Origin: Leucoraja ocellata
Taxonomy: Eukaryota
Assembly: GCA_036785375.1 (NCBI GenBank)
Contig: JAWMAR010000384.1
Coordinates: 1,550,001 to 1,614,000, forward strand
DNA: 64,000 bases
Direction: 5' to 3'
Part shown: positions 27,798 through 40,759 of the stretch, one piece after another
Layout: each line of letters starts with the position of its first letter
How positions within the stretch are numbered: the stretch's first letter is position 1
Made by a program: the position numbers and the translations under genes
Notes under the pieces: model-generated
What the model saw: the letters and a program-made list of their open reading frames with translations, nothing else
Told to the model about the DNA's origin: nothing
Databases searched by the model: none

Positions 27798-28617
27798 ATT
27801 TCCAGCTATCGCAAAAGTAGGGAAATGGTTAACTCGGTAGAAAATGGCTTAAATTATTCTGGAAAATTGAACGGATATCAGAGAAATGCACAGGATTAAA
27901 ATGCCTTCATCAGAATGCAAGCACTGAAGTGTGAAAGTGAAAGACCATCGTCTTTGCTGTTAAATTGTATGATTTCACATAAATAGCTTCTTTATGAAAA
28001 CCGTCAGCTGTTTTCCTTGAGCCAGCAATCTGAAATTGCAGCTGTATTGCTGCATTATCTGTTTGCACTGAAACAAATCTACAGAAATTGGAACTCATCC
28101 TAGAAAGAACTTGTCCTTGCTTCCACTGCTCAGTCACCTCATCCTTCCCAGGCACCACTGCATCCACATACCTCAGTGAATTGATATGGTTTCCATACTC
28201 AACTTCTGATGTCCTTGTCATCTTACTTGTCGCCAACAGTGATTTTTAATCACATGTTATCCCCTCAGCAAGCTCTCGCAAGTTCCCATCGCATTGAGTG
28301 GCTACTTGCATCCAGTTTAATTGCTACTGGCCATCCTCTGTCCTTTGCTCCTGTTTTGAAAACTCCATCCATCCATCCTCAGGCTGGTCAATAAGACCTT
28401 ACTTTTATTGTCTCTGCTTTCAAATCTCGTAAGTCAATGTTTTTATTTTTGGCACTGCAGAATATTTACGGTGTGCATGCAAAATGATCCCAGTATTCCC
28501 CCATTAGTATAAAATATATAATATAGTAATTAATCTAAAATTATTTATTGTACATGTGAGTGCACCATTGAATATAAAGTTGTTTCTGGTATTAAAGAGA
28601 TGTCTTTCTTTCCCCAG

Positions 28618-28651
28618 ATTCAAGGAGGTGATCCAACTGGTACCGGCACTG
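28618..28651 (+). CDS. PPIL2: PPIL2 34-nt exon (IQGGDPTGTGT-G)
   Basis: ctttctttccccag|ATT and ACTG|gtaaga; encodes the cyclophilin QGGD signature; missed by the ORF track. Confidence 0.95.
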
Positions 28652-28865
28652 GTAAGATTTGGTCCACTTTTGAATTGGAGTTTACGGCTGTAAATAAGGG
28701 CTACAAGTAAATTATGTGGGAGGGAGGGGAAGCCAGGGAGTTCCTTGAAATTTCTCCTGCATGGAAGTAGTCTCTTGTCACAGATTGAAAGCCCATTGAT
28801 AATCTCAGCATTCATGTAGTCTGATTATTGCTGGAGCTCCATGAAATGAACAATGAATAGTTGCT

Positions 28866-29299
28866 GTGTAAAAAGGAACTGCAGATGCTGGTTTAAACCG
28901 AAGATAGTCACAAAAAGCTGGAGTAACTCAGTGGGACAGGCAGCATCCCTGTAAAGAAGGAATGGGTGACGTTTCGGGTTGAGACCCTTCTTTAGTATAG
29001 CTAGGGATAAGGGAAATGAGAGATATAAACGGTGATGTGAAGAGATAATGAACAATGAATGAAAGATATGCAAAAATGTAACAATGATAAAGAAAATGGG
29101 AAGCTAGTGCGACTTGGGTGGGGGAGGGATAGAGAGAGAGGGGGAATGCTGGGGCTACCTGAAGTGACAGAAATCAATACTCATACCACTGACCTGTAAG
29201 CTGCCCAAGTGAAATATGAGATGCAGTTCCTCCAATTTCCATTTAACTTCACTCTGACAATGGAGGAGACCGAGGACAGAAAGGTCTGTGTAGACAATT
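28866..29299 (-). mobile_element. Truncated Penelope-like element (end of GIY-YIG plus terminus), hammerhead core mutated
   Basis: Homologous to 21204-21570; 10-bp TSD aatagttgct (28856-28865 / 29300-29309); core reads CUAAAGA. Confidence 0.8.
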
Positions 29300-30439
29300 A
29301 ATAGTTGCTATTGATTGTATCCCTTACAATCACGTCAGAGTTTAACCACATTGCACGGTAGTAACTTGGGAGTCATGATAATGGGGAATTGGCTTGAAAA
29401 TAGAGTTGCGGCCAAATTCAGATCAGCCATGATCGTATTGAATTACAGCGCACAATCAAAACGATTTGGCCCACTCATGCTTCTTGTACTCCCATTTGAA
29501 GGTACTGAACCAAGTGAAATAAATAAGTCTTTGAGCTGGTCATCCCTTGCAGCTCCTGCCGTTGGGAAAGAACAAGTTGAAAGCAAATCAGTTTATTCTG
29601 CAAATCATGACTTGTGACAAGAAGCATTTGAAAGTTATTCTAGTTGCTAACCAGGCAGGCACTATTCATTAACTGGCTGGCTATTATTGGATTTGTCTAG
29701 ACATTACTGTAGGAACTACTTATAATCCAAGCACCTGTTGCTTTGCTGGATATTAGCCACAAAGAAGTATTTCCTTTTATGTGCTACCTTTTTGTTGTAC
29801 CTTCTGTTTCCCTTTATGCAAAGTGTTCTTTCCACAATGAATATATAGCACACCTTCAAACATACTGACAATTTCACAAATTCTTTCTTTATCCAATCCT
29901 TGTGGTAAAATTTACATTGCAACAGACATCAGAATATTTCTACGTCTTGTAAGGATTCTCAATTCCTACTCATTTGCATTGATTTGAATGAATTGTTCTG
30001 CCAGCCACTCTTCCCACAGGAAAATACATACAGATATCCAGTCAATGGAACATGCTGTTCACCGCTTCAGCATCAATATAGATGAAGTTTCCTCACTCCT
30101 GCATGTGGTTTCAGCAATTGGTGAAATATAGACTTGTGCTATGACCGGTGCAATTTGAGAGGCAGGTGTACATCTGCATTCGTTTTTGGAACTCACTTTA
30201 AAAAATTTATTTTTCTCCTTTAGCCCAAATGAATTAGAAGATCCCAAGAGCAAAATTATATGAAAAACTTGCATTCAGATTCCTGTGATTATTCTGACAG
30301 TCATATAGCTGCAGTCATTTTGAACTTTGCTAGTACCATTTGACGCAAAACCTCATGACAGTCCATATATGAAGTAAACCGGTATATTCCAGGGGTGAGG
30401 TGACCTCTTTGTCCTCATCTTTCCCCTTTGATACACAGA

Positions 30440-30830
30440 CGCCAAATTGGAAAAGGCAATATCTCGTATTCCACTTGGTAACGTACAACTCAATAGTATG
30501 AATATTGAATTTCCCAATTTCAGTTAACCCCACACCACCAGTGCTCACCATCCATACACACTCGCCTGTCTACCTAGTTTTCACCTTCCCATCCCCTCCT
30601 TCACATGGTTCCGTCTGCCCATCATCCACTCCCCACCTATCACCTATTTGCTTCTACCCCATGCCCAACCTACTGCTCTATAATGCAAATTGTTCCTGTT
30701 CCCTGATGCAAGGACATCAACATGAAATGTTGACTGGCACCGTTTGCCTCCAAAGATACTGTTTAACCCACTGAGTTTTTCCAGAGTTATATTTTTGTTC
30801 TGGATTACAGCATTTATAGTTTATTTTGTC
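30440..30830 (+). mobile_element. Old Penelope-like 3' end
   Basis: aaattggaaaaggcaatatctcgtattccacttgg...atgaatattgaatttcccaatttc, then a decayed terminus (cctgatgcaagg...gaaatgttgac...ccactgagtttttccag). Confidence 0.65.
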
Positions 30831-30899
30831 TTCATATTTTATTAATATCAGCTGATTGGGGTAGCTAGTTGTGAGCAGGTTACCCCTTATGCCAGTTTT

Positions 30900-31225
30900 A
30901 ATCATTTATCCGGGGGATGGGGACGTTGCTGGCAATGTAGCCATCTATTTATTATCCATCTCTGAACAGTGGCTGTTAAGAGGCAATGTCATTGGTAGAT
31001 TTGGAGACATATAGGGGAAACTAGAAGGACAACAAATTTACTTCCGTGGAAGTCAATTAGTGAACCAGATGAAACTTTGCAGCAATCCAATAGTTCATGG
31101 TTACTGAGAGCAACTTTAATTGCAGATTCATTTCCCAGTTACCATGGGGAATTCAAACGTATTCTGTAGCTCAGTGGTCCAGAGCTTTGGCTGCTGGTCC
31201 CGTAACTTAATCACGATGCTGCTAT
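30900..31225. repeat. Old SINE-like interspersed repeat (approximate)
   Basis: gggacgttgctggcaa...attagtgaaccagatg resembles a common elasmobranch repeat; family not confidently assigned. Confidence 0.35.
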
Positions 31226-32685
31226 CCCCAGCAATATTCCCAAGGGTTGGCATTCCTGCATAATGCAAGATGTGAGACCAGCTCTTTGGATAGTGTGAAT
31301 CTACAACTGTTACAGAAAAATTGGCATTTGCTCTTCTGTATAATTTTCTACACTGGATGCAATCTGTCTAATTATCATGAAACGGTTGAAGGAAATGTTG
31401 AGGCTCTTACAACAGCTGTTACTTCTGAAGGTTGTGAGCCAGTTTTCCATCTGTTAATTAATCTACCCTTGACCCTGCTTGAGTTTGCCTTGTGCAAAGC
31501 TCAAGCTACATCTGCGATGGAGGGATTTACGTGTTTCTGTACCACACAGTCAACCCTGTGTTTGATTCAACTTGTTCTTGGAGGCAACATGTTAAAACTA
31601 CCGCAGGAAATTAGTGACATCCATGGTTAGCATTAACGTATTTCCAAAACTATCAGGGGTGGACTTTTGGGGAAATAATTTATTCTAAGAACTAATTTGC
31701 AAAGAATTGCATATTTCTGTTTTACTCAGTGAATAGAAATAGATTTATTTTGTTTGTAATCTAGGAGAATGGTTATTGAAATATAAAATCTTGATTGCCT
31801 AAACATGCAAAATTATTGCTGTTAATTCCTTGTATCTTTAAATCCAGTACAGAATGAGGACATTGTGATAATCTTTGCTCTTGAGCAATTAAAGGATATT
31901 TTTTGACCAACCTGGATCTACTTTGAATCTTTGGATAAAATGAATGACTGAAGTCCTCTGCCTGCATGTTCTTGTAATTCCAATGACATTTAAAGAATCT
32001 CGTTGAAATATTTGAGACAGAACAATGCAAAGCTACAAAGAATCCCTTACACACATTCCTATCAGATTAACTATTCATTTGTGATTGATGTCAAAAGCTG
32101 CAAATACACTCAAAAGCAATTCATTTTTGTTCTAAGAAAATATTGAAAGGAAACGTGAACGGAAGACTTTATCATTCTTATCTTACATTCTTTTCTAAAA
32201 AAATCATTTTCTGCTGATAGTTTTTTTTGTTCTGAAAAATCACAATTCTTCATATCCCATTCCCCAGAAAACAAATTGTTCTAGCTGCATCTACTTCTTC
32301 CCCATAATTTCGCATTGATGACCTCTCCACAGATCTCCAATCTTTCCATTTCCTTAACCAATTATGCACGCGTATATTGTCCTCTGCAAAACCCAAGTTT
32401 TAGCTTTCAACTTTCAGCCTTCCTCATTCTAGTCCTAATGGGGTATAAATTGAAGGCTCACTTCATTGACCCTGCTCATCTTTGTTTCATTGTGTTACTC
32501 AAGAATAAAATATAACACCTCATTAACTTTATCTATCCTTGTTATAGTCCTCAATAATTGTTTACACAATCAGAGTTACATACGAATCATATTTCAACGT
32601 TTCCTCAGCTGTCATCACCAATACTTGCCATTAACAATGTTTATGAGCCGATTACACTGTTTGTACCTGGACAGATACTGGCTTA

Positions 32686-33545
32686 GAAGCATAGAAACTC
32701 AGCCCTTCGAGCCAGCACCGCCATTCAATATGATCATGGCTGATCATCCAAAATCAGTACCCCGTTCCTGCTTGTTCCCCATATCCCTTGATTCCTTTAG
32801 CCCAGGAGTCGACAACCTTGTTCTGCATAGGGGCCAGGACCCATGTCTGTGAACGGATGTGCAAGGCACATCTATCGCTATAGTGTGACACTTGGTGTTG
32901 TTTTTCGCATTAGTTTTCACATGTTTTTCAATTCGTTTTCTGCTGTTTCCAGGTCCCTCGTGTGCCCCGGGACTGGCTGCAGTTCGCAGGTCGGCTCGCC
33001 TGACCTGGGACTGGCTGTAGCTCCCAGGTTGCCTGCATGCCCCAGGACGAGCTGCATTTCCCAGATCAGCTCATGTCCCTGGGACTGGCGGTAGCGCCCA
33101 GGTCTCCTGCGTGCACCGGGACGAGCTGCAGTCCCCAGATCAGTTCGTGTCCCCGGGACTGGCTGCAATCCCCAGGTCGCGAAAACGAATTGGAAAAAAA
33201 AACACACCTGCGGGCCGGATGATTTCGGGTTACGGGCCGAATCCGGCCCGTGGGCCATAGGTTGCCGACCCCTGCTTTAGCCCTAAGAGCTAAATCTAAC
33301 TCTTGAAAACATCCAGTGAATTGGCCTCCACTGCCTTCTGTAGCAGAAAATTCCACAGATTCACAACTCTCTGGCAGAATAAGTTTTTCATCAACTCGGT
33401 CCTAAATGGCCTACCCCTTATTCTTAAACTGTGACCACTGGTTCTGGACTCCCCCAACATCGGGAACACTTTTCCTGCATCTCGCCTGTCCAATTCTTTA
33501 AGAATTTTATGTTTCTAAAGATATCCTCCTATCCTTCCAAATTCC
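32686..33545 (-). mobile_element. CR1 LINE 3' fragment split by a hAT insertion
   Basis: Minus ORF DAGKVFPMLGESRTSGHSLRIRGRPFRTE...QRVVNLWN; tail at 32686. Confidence 0.85.
32803..33274. mobile_element. Non-autonomous hAT transposon (MITE) with internal ~29-bp repeats
   Basis: TIRs CAGGAGTCGACAACC / GGTTGCCGACCCCTG; perfect 8-bp TSD ctttagcc (32795-32802 / 33275-33282). Confidence 0.9.
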
Positions 33546-34479
33546 ATTGCGGCTTGGCCTATCCACTTACCTGGTCTGTCTTTAAATTTAAATAATCTCT
33601 TAAATCTTATTCTACCCTCCATCTTTCCTATACTTCAATATTGTCCAATTGCAGTGCACCTCTAAGCACCTGCTTATGTCTCGATTCTTGAAATTATATG
33701 ATAAATTGCAGTGCAAAATAACGCTATCTAGTTTGGCTATGGAAAGAAGATTGGCAATGAAACTGTGATTTTTCATTTTTATCAATGCCATTTCTGTTAG
33801 CCTGCAGTTTTCCACTAACGGCCTTGAGTGACCCACTTGAAAGCATTTAATTCTAACAATTTCACAACTGTAGAAATGTTTCTTCTATTAAACTTTACCT
33901 TATTTTATATTCTTTGAAACTGGTACTTGCCAAATACTGTCTCTTGTGGTTTCATTTAAAAGCAATACAAAACTGAGCTCATCATATAATCTTTTAGTCA
34001 TCCTTCTCAGCTCTGGATTCATTTTACTGTATTACTGTCATTGAAATGATTTTGGAAATTGTTTATGTAAAAAAGCATATTAATCATTCTGATTTAGCTC
34101 ATCACCTTCTCTTCTTTCAGTTTTGCTGCTGCACTGAATATGACTTGCTGTGTTTTCAACAGTTGGGGAATAAATCTGTTCTGGAGGTTGGCTATAAAAT
34201 ATAGCTAAAACTTGACCAGGGTCCGAATAAATAGACCTTTTTCCATTCCTGACTCAACCATTGCCATAAACAAATAGTCTCAAGGATGATCACTTTTATA
34301 ATGAATCACCAAATATTGTTCAAGAACATGGGGCACATGTGGAAATACTAAGTTCCTCTGACCCAGATAAATACTAAATCAGATTGGCACGCCATGACCC
34401 GATCTGACCCAATTTCTTTTTTGTGGGGAAACATCATAACCAGAGGCATCAGCATGGTCCATGATGTTGGTCATTGAGA

Positions 34480-34640
34480 AATCTAGTTCAACACCATAAT
34501 TCCAGCCAAAGTAATATCAAAACTCTTGAACCTAAGACCCTCTGCAACTGGATCTGTGACTTACTGAACCATGAAACACAATCAGTAAGGATAGGTGACA
34601 GCACACCCTCCACGATATTGCTCAACACTCGTGCTCCACA
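34480..34640 (+). mobile_element. Rex/Babar-like LINE RT fragment
   Basis: LCNWICDLLNHETQSVRIGDSTPSTILLNTRAPQ is the RT segment before the PQG motif. Confidence 0.65.
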
Positions 34641-36120
34641 AAGCCACAAATTTAAAGATACAGACACTTTCCAACGTACGTAATAGGCAACTTAAGTGTG
34701 AGGTAAACTCACACTTAAACAATTCTTTAAGCCTACTGATACCCACGTGGTCTCCGTTTCGAAGCTCCCCTGTGGTTTCCGCATCGGAGCTCCCCTATGG
34801 CCCCCGCAGCGAAAGTCCCACATGTGTCTGAGTCGGACCTCCCCATGGTCTCACGGTGAATAGGAAATGTACGCATACACAGTAGCATTTCTTTTAGGAC
34901 TTAAAGTAACGCACGGGTCTGTGGGGCCTAACCTTACCAAGTTGGGGAGTGCCTGTAGGTAATTTATTGCCATGTGCACAGATATTCAGTGAAATGCTTG
35001 CTATGCATGCTATCAAATCAAATCATACTTTCCAAGTATAATAAATACTTGTCTGGAACAGTTTGCAGAGAGTCGCTAAGTTTCGGTGCCATCTTGCTGC
35101 TTCCAAGTCTTTGAAAAGCCCGATCTTGGCCCAAAGGAGATATACAATTTCTTATTTTCTCACATTAAGCCCCAGTCCTGGCAGCACTGGATCAATGATG
35201 TAGGGCTTGACCTGACCCAGCGTGATGTCCAGCACTTTCCAACCCTGCTGTGTGCAGCTATTGCAGGCTGTGTTTGATTCACTTGCTCACATGGCTGCTA
35301 CAAGGCGTCTTGCAGCCCACTCCACCAATACCATGACCCACGACCACTGCAAATGCACTGTGCAACGCTGCCATCAGCTGCTCCTTCACTTCCATATGCT
35401 GAGGTTGCCATGTGCTGCCTTCTGAGCCTATCGCACAACTTCAGAGTGCTTTCCGACGTAGGTTTGCAGACTGTTCACTCTTGCCGACTTTCCCCTTCAC
35501 ATTCCACCACCGCCATCTTGGTCTAATTCTCATCCAAAATAAATAAAAGGACCGAAAGCAATGAGTAATATTAGAATATGAACTATTTCCAAAATGATGG
35601 CATCAAATGAGAAAGATTAATGTGTGTATAATCACACAGAGAATATAAATATGAATGAGAAAAAGGCACAAGAAGTTGCATGGAACTATAAAACAGTAGC
35701 ATTATAGAGATCTGACTCGGACAGAAGATTGAATGATGACTTGATATTCTAGAACTGCTTTGTATTCAGGAAAAATAAGAAAGGGCAAAATAAAATATAA
35801 TGTGATAATGTTGATCAAAGTTACTGTTACTGCACCAGAAAAGATTGCTTGATATCAATGTCAATAACCTTATGATAAAAGGGACTTTTAAAGTAGGGAG
35901 GTAACAGTGTAAAGGAGAGGAGGGAAGATTTCTAAAAATGTTTGCGTTTTCTAGATCTGTTTGTTTCCATCAATGAGAAGTTCTGTATCTAGTTACAGGG
36001 ATGAAGTAGGGCAAGTGATGTATGTTTCTGTCGAAAAGTAATTGGGGAAACTGGGACCATGGTCAGGTTTAGAATAGTGATGGAAAATGAAAAAGGAAAG
36101 CAGGATCTGTAAGAGTTCAA

Positions 36121-36333
36121 GGTACACAAAAAAGCTGGAGAAACTCAGCGGGTGCAGCAGCATCTATGGAGCGAAGGAAATAGGCAACGTTTCGGGCCGA
36201 AACGTTGCCTATAGGGTTTCGGCCCGAAACGTTGCCTATTTCCTTCGCTCCATAGATGCTGCTGCACCCGCTGAGTTTCTCCAGCTTTTTTGTGTACCTT
36301 CGATTCTCCAGCATCTGCAGTTCGTTCTTAAAC
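36121..36333. mobile_element. Palindromic (head-to-head) Penelope-terminus insertion
   Basis: Near-perfect inverted arms; 15-bp TSD tctgtaagagttcaa (36106-36120 / 36334-36348). Confidence 0.85.
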
Positions 36334-38518
36334 TCTGTAAGAGTTCAACTGGTTGAAGTTGAATTCAATATGTCAATGGCATTTTGTCACATGTACCAAG
36401 GTGTACTGAAATTCATTTTTGCATGCAGTTCAGTACAAGTATCTGTACGTAGGCATTGTAAAGAGATTGAATCAAAACAACTGTACTTTGAGAAGATAGT
36501 AAGATTGATTAAATTAGCGGGTTACGCACAGGTGCAGGAGGCAGCCCCGACTGTCATTGTTGTAGTGGAGAAAGATTCATGGAATGGTGTTGAGGTATGT
36601 TTGGAATAAGGACTGTTCAACAAAACCAAGAAAAGGGCTGCCTTATCAGTGGCTCATGCGAGTGCCCATGGCTACAACTTTAACTTGAAGAAGTGAGAGG
36701 AGTCAATAATAGTCCAAAGAATGCTTTTGACCCGAAACATAATCTATTCATTCCCTCCAGAGATACTCCCTTAGCGCCAAGTTACTCAAGTACGTTGTGT
36801 TTTAATCATATTGGTTGCTTGTTCCTGCAGCGCACCAATCTTATTTCCCATGTTCTATGCACATTTATGCAAATATATTCATCTTAAACTGCCTTGACTT
36901 TCTTCCCTGTCTGATCCTTCTTGTTTATGAAATATCCTCCATTCCAATTCTGTTTGTTTCTTCCAGACCCTTTTTCCCAGGCACATTTTGTCTCCTCTAA
37001 TGCTTCATCCAGGGCCCTGACCTCTGCAAATGATTTGTGGAAAGATGTCTAACCAAGCCAATCGGTTCTGATAGATTCAGTGGGGGTGGGGTTGTTTTAT
37101 GTCCAAATTGTTCTGTCTGTTGTGAACCAAATGTTTGAGCACCCTCTAGTCTGTGCCTTATTGTCAGGAGGGTATCTGCCTTGAGACTAATAGTGTCCTG
37201 CAATGACTGAATGACAAGTGTAAGCTTAATATGTTGTAGCACTATTATCCTTCAACTGTAATGAGTACAAAAAGGGGCTGTACAAACAGATGAATCAAGC
37301 AGCTAGGATGTTGCTGAAGGATTAAATATGGGCAAATTAATTATATGATTGAATTGCTGAAAGCAAAATGGTTCTTGCTGATAACTTTTGGACAGCATTT
37401 GTTAGGTACAAGTGCAGCAGCACCTGTACAGAGTAGCCATAATGATAGGATATTTATAACTAACCTATTTGTTTTGCTTGTCTCTAGATGAACTTTGCAG
37501 CCCCTTAATAATCATACATCTTCCAGCAGATGGTGCAGTGTTTATATAAACCAGTCTAAAGTCAATCAGTGGATGAGTAATGATTGGGAGATCTCAGAAT
37601 AAATAGGTATAGATGAAAGCTATTTTCTTGAGGTAGAAAGGAAGGGCAGCTAAAGCTAGAGTCTCTGGCTAACTAAAAATATAAAGATTAAAGGTGCTGC
37701 AAAAACTGATAACCTAGAGCTATAGAAACCATCCCATTTCTTTAATTACAGGCCAAAAGATGTTTAAGATATCTGCCACTCCAATTCCAGAATATTGGTC
37801 ATTTGGAAATTAAACCACTCCATTACTGCAAGCTGCCTGCCAATTGAAAGCTCAGGAAATACCCTTCTGAAATTTCTCCACCTCTCTTCACAAAGCTCCA
37901 CAACTTAACATTTTTGGCAATGCCTTTGCACATCATCATTACTTTTGTAATGCTGCTATGCAGAGCCTTGGGATGTTTTGCAACGTTATAGTTAAAAAAA
38001 AAATTATTATAATTTATGAAAGTTGTTGTTGTGAATTCATTAATTTGCTCGTCACATGATAAGTTATGCTTGTGGTTACCCGATGAGTTCTAATAACTTT
38101 GGCACAGATAAATTCAGGTGTTTGATGTTTTTTTGTGGAGGCTCCTTGCTCCCTCACTAAGTGTCAGATATGGGGCAGACCCTCTCGGTAGAGCTTAGAT
38201 TGTGTAGATTGTATCTGCATTCAGACTGATACTGGTATTGACCGAGTGGTAAATGTAAGCTTAAAGCACTATGGCCGATTATTCTTCAATTTAATGTGTA
38301 CGGAAAGCAAAAATACAATCCTTCACGCCAGGTGTTTTAGGTAGCCAGCACATTACTGAAGGATTCGATACTGCAGCCTTGATTACACGATTCAATTGCT
38401 GGAAGTGAGAGGTAACTCTTGATCACAACTCTGGATGGCATCAGTCAGCTGCAAATGATGCAGCAACTTGTGCAGACCAGAGGCAAAACTTGTATATCGT
38501 GGAGCTAACCTCGGTTGT

Positions 38519-38700
38519 AGGTACACAAAAATGCTGGAGAAACTCAGCGGGTGCAGCAGCATCTATGGAGCAAAGGAAATAGGCAACGTTTCGGCCCGAA
38601 ACGTTGCCTATTTCCTTCGCTCCATAGATGCTGCTGCATCCGCTGAGTTTCTCCAGCATTTTTGTGTACCTTCGATTTTCCAGCATCTGCAGTTCCTTCT
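38519..38700. mobile_element. Second palindromic Penelope-terminus insertion
   Basis: Inverted arms around gtttcggcccgaaac; 13-bp TSD taacctc(g/t)gttgt (38506-38518 / 38701-38713, one mismatch). Confidence 0.85.
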
Positions 38701-40759
38701 TAACCTCTGTTGTGTTTGTCTGTAGGTAGAATTTGCATCAACTTAGCAATAAGCTGCTTTTGGCAGATGGTGCAGAGCTGAGGGTTATTTAGATTGACCC
38801 AGCAACATCATGTAAAATGTGCACAAGCTCGAAAGCTGTGCTTTTCGGCTCTTAACAGGTGCTACTGAGAGATTGAAATATGCATTCATTTAAACAAGAC
38901 CGTACACAACATGCATAGTAGCAGTTGACAGCTTGATGGGTACCAGAACGGATGAAATGGTAGCAGAAAGGAAGTTGTGTTGTCTTCCCTGTATTCAGTA
39001 GCCCTCTCTGAGAAAGGTGAGAAGTCCGGACTTATTTCAAAGAAGAAAATGGCCATAACTTTTGAAATACTAAATAACAGGACATTTTTTTCTTCTGTGG
39101 TTGAGGTGAAGGTGATAAAACATTACAACCTTTGTTTATGCTCATGGAGCATTGAAAATTGGTTGCAAATGCAAATATTGAAATCATTGATGCTGACAGT
39201 GGTGATTTTTTTTTTTAATTACCCGTTTCTCAATTATTTCCCAAAAAACATTTCACAAATAACAGTATTTTAAGTACGTGAAATAAATTAATAACATTGT
39301 GAATAAGTCTTAGTTTATTCAAGTAATTTGAAGCATTTTTAAATTGTTGGAGGTTTGACATGAGAATGTAAAATAATAAAAAAAATACATGAGACACCAG
39401 TCTGCATTTGAAAGGGAAACAACTGGTTAAAATTTTAGTGAAGCCTCTGGAGTCCCATGTCTTTGTACCTTTAATCTCTCTTCAATTTCTCTATTGCTGA
39501 CAAAATTGCTGTGCATTTCCGGTGTTTTATTTTTTTTATTGCAAGGAAAAGCTTGAGATTGTTTTTGTTTTCGATGAACCACGAGAACCTCGTACCGAAG
39601 GTCACCTTGCGACTAATGCAGTGAGTGAATGGTCTTACTGCACGTACTATGTACCGCACTATGTCTCATTCATCATACTAACAGCCTGCAGGAGGCTGGC
39701 TTTAACTGAGAAAGATCCTCCTCCTTTAGGTGCCACATTGAACCAAGGTAGTAAGTGAATGCGAGCTGTTCTCATTAATTCAAGCCACTGCCTCAGTAGG
39801 ACATCTGGCAACCTAATTGGCTATACCATCCCCCTCCTCAATGCAGTGCAATAACATTGAGGAGAATGTTGATGAGATGTGTGTTGACGATAGTCAGAAA
39901 ATTAAATCACAGCCCGTAATGTCTTGGTTCTTGTTGAGATTCAGGCACATACTCAGTATTCCTCACTAGAAAATAAGCATCTTATTTTCACTTTTGAGAT
40001 GCAACAACTAAATGCCCACCGCTGATTTTTGATACTCCAAGGCACAGCTGCATCTGACTTTGTTTCCTCCATTCATTACTGGTTAACTTTTGCTAAGTAA
40101 TGTGTGCCTAAGAATGTGATGCTACGTTGATATTTGCTTCAATAATTATTCACTGTATCTTAGCAACCTGCTAATGGATGACTGATGATGCATTTCTGAA
40201 AATCCCTTCCTTCACAGGTGCTTTGCTGACCACAGTAAATCACTCTGTGCTTGAAGCTTCATTTAACTCGTAGAAGCCCTTTTGATTCTTTGCTTTTTTT
40301 TCCAATGGGCCCTCGTCTGTACGTCAAGCAGTTAAAGCACCAGTATATTTTTCAACAGTAAACAAGGGCATTTGCTGTGTTCCTGCCTGCTGCCACAGCA
40401 ACATGTTTTGCTTCCAGCAAAGAATACAACAATCTGATCGACTCCACCCTGGTGTGCAATATGAAAATTCTAAATGACTGCTATAGTCCTTGAAAGCAGT
40501 AAGGCAGTCACATTGTCAGGAGTCAGGGACCTGCAGGCATCAGAGTTTGGAAATATAATTATTTCACAACTGCTAAATAATGCAATATCTTTCAAAGAAA
40601 ATGTTCTCTTCCACCTTTTGGCTTGACTCTGACTTGATTTTCTGCAATAGCTGAACAAACCCTAAATGTATAAAGAATTGTTTTGCATGGTAAGATGGCC
40701 AAAGCCAATTGAAGGTGTGTAATCAACATTATAAAATTTGACAATGCCAGAGAAGGATT

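Noticed and set aside
28968-28995. Hammerhead motif as a functional ribozyme
   Set aside because: Core reads CUAAAGA; loss of conserved G5 is expected to inactivate it. Copies at ~6230, ~30702, ~36714 and ~62680 are also decayed
32950-33180. Spaced ~29-bp repeats resembling a CRISPR array
   Set aside because: Eukaryotic context, no unique spacers, no cas genes; minisatellite inside a hAT MITE
39340-39365. attgttggaggtttg resembles the next PPIL2 exon (VVGG)
   Set aside because: Out of order, no acceptor AG, stop codon within a few codons
39835-39865. CAGTGCAAT (miR-130/301 seed) inside a hairpin; this miRNA family lies near PPIL2 in human
   Set aside because: The seed sits in the loop of a 10-bp stem (ctcctcaatg/cattgaggag); too short for a pre-miRNA and the rest does not match the mature sequences
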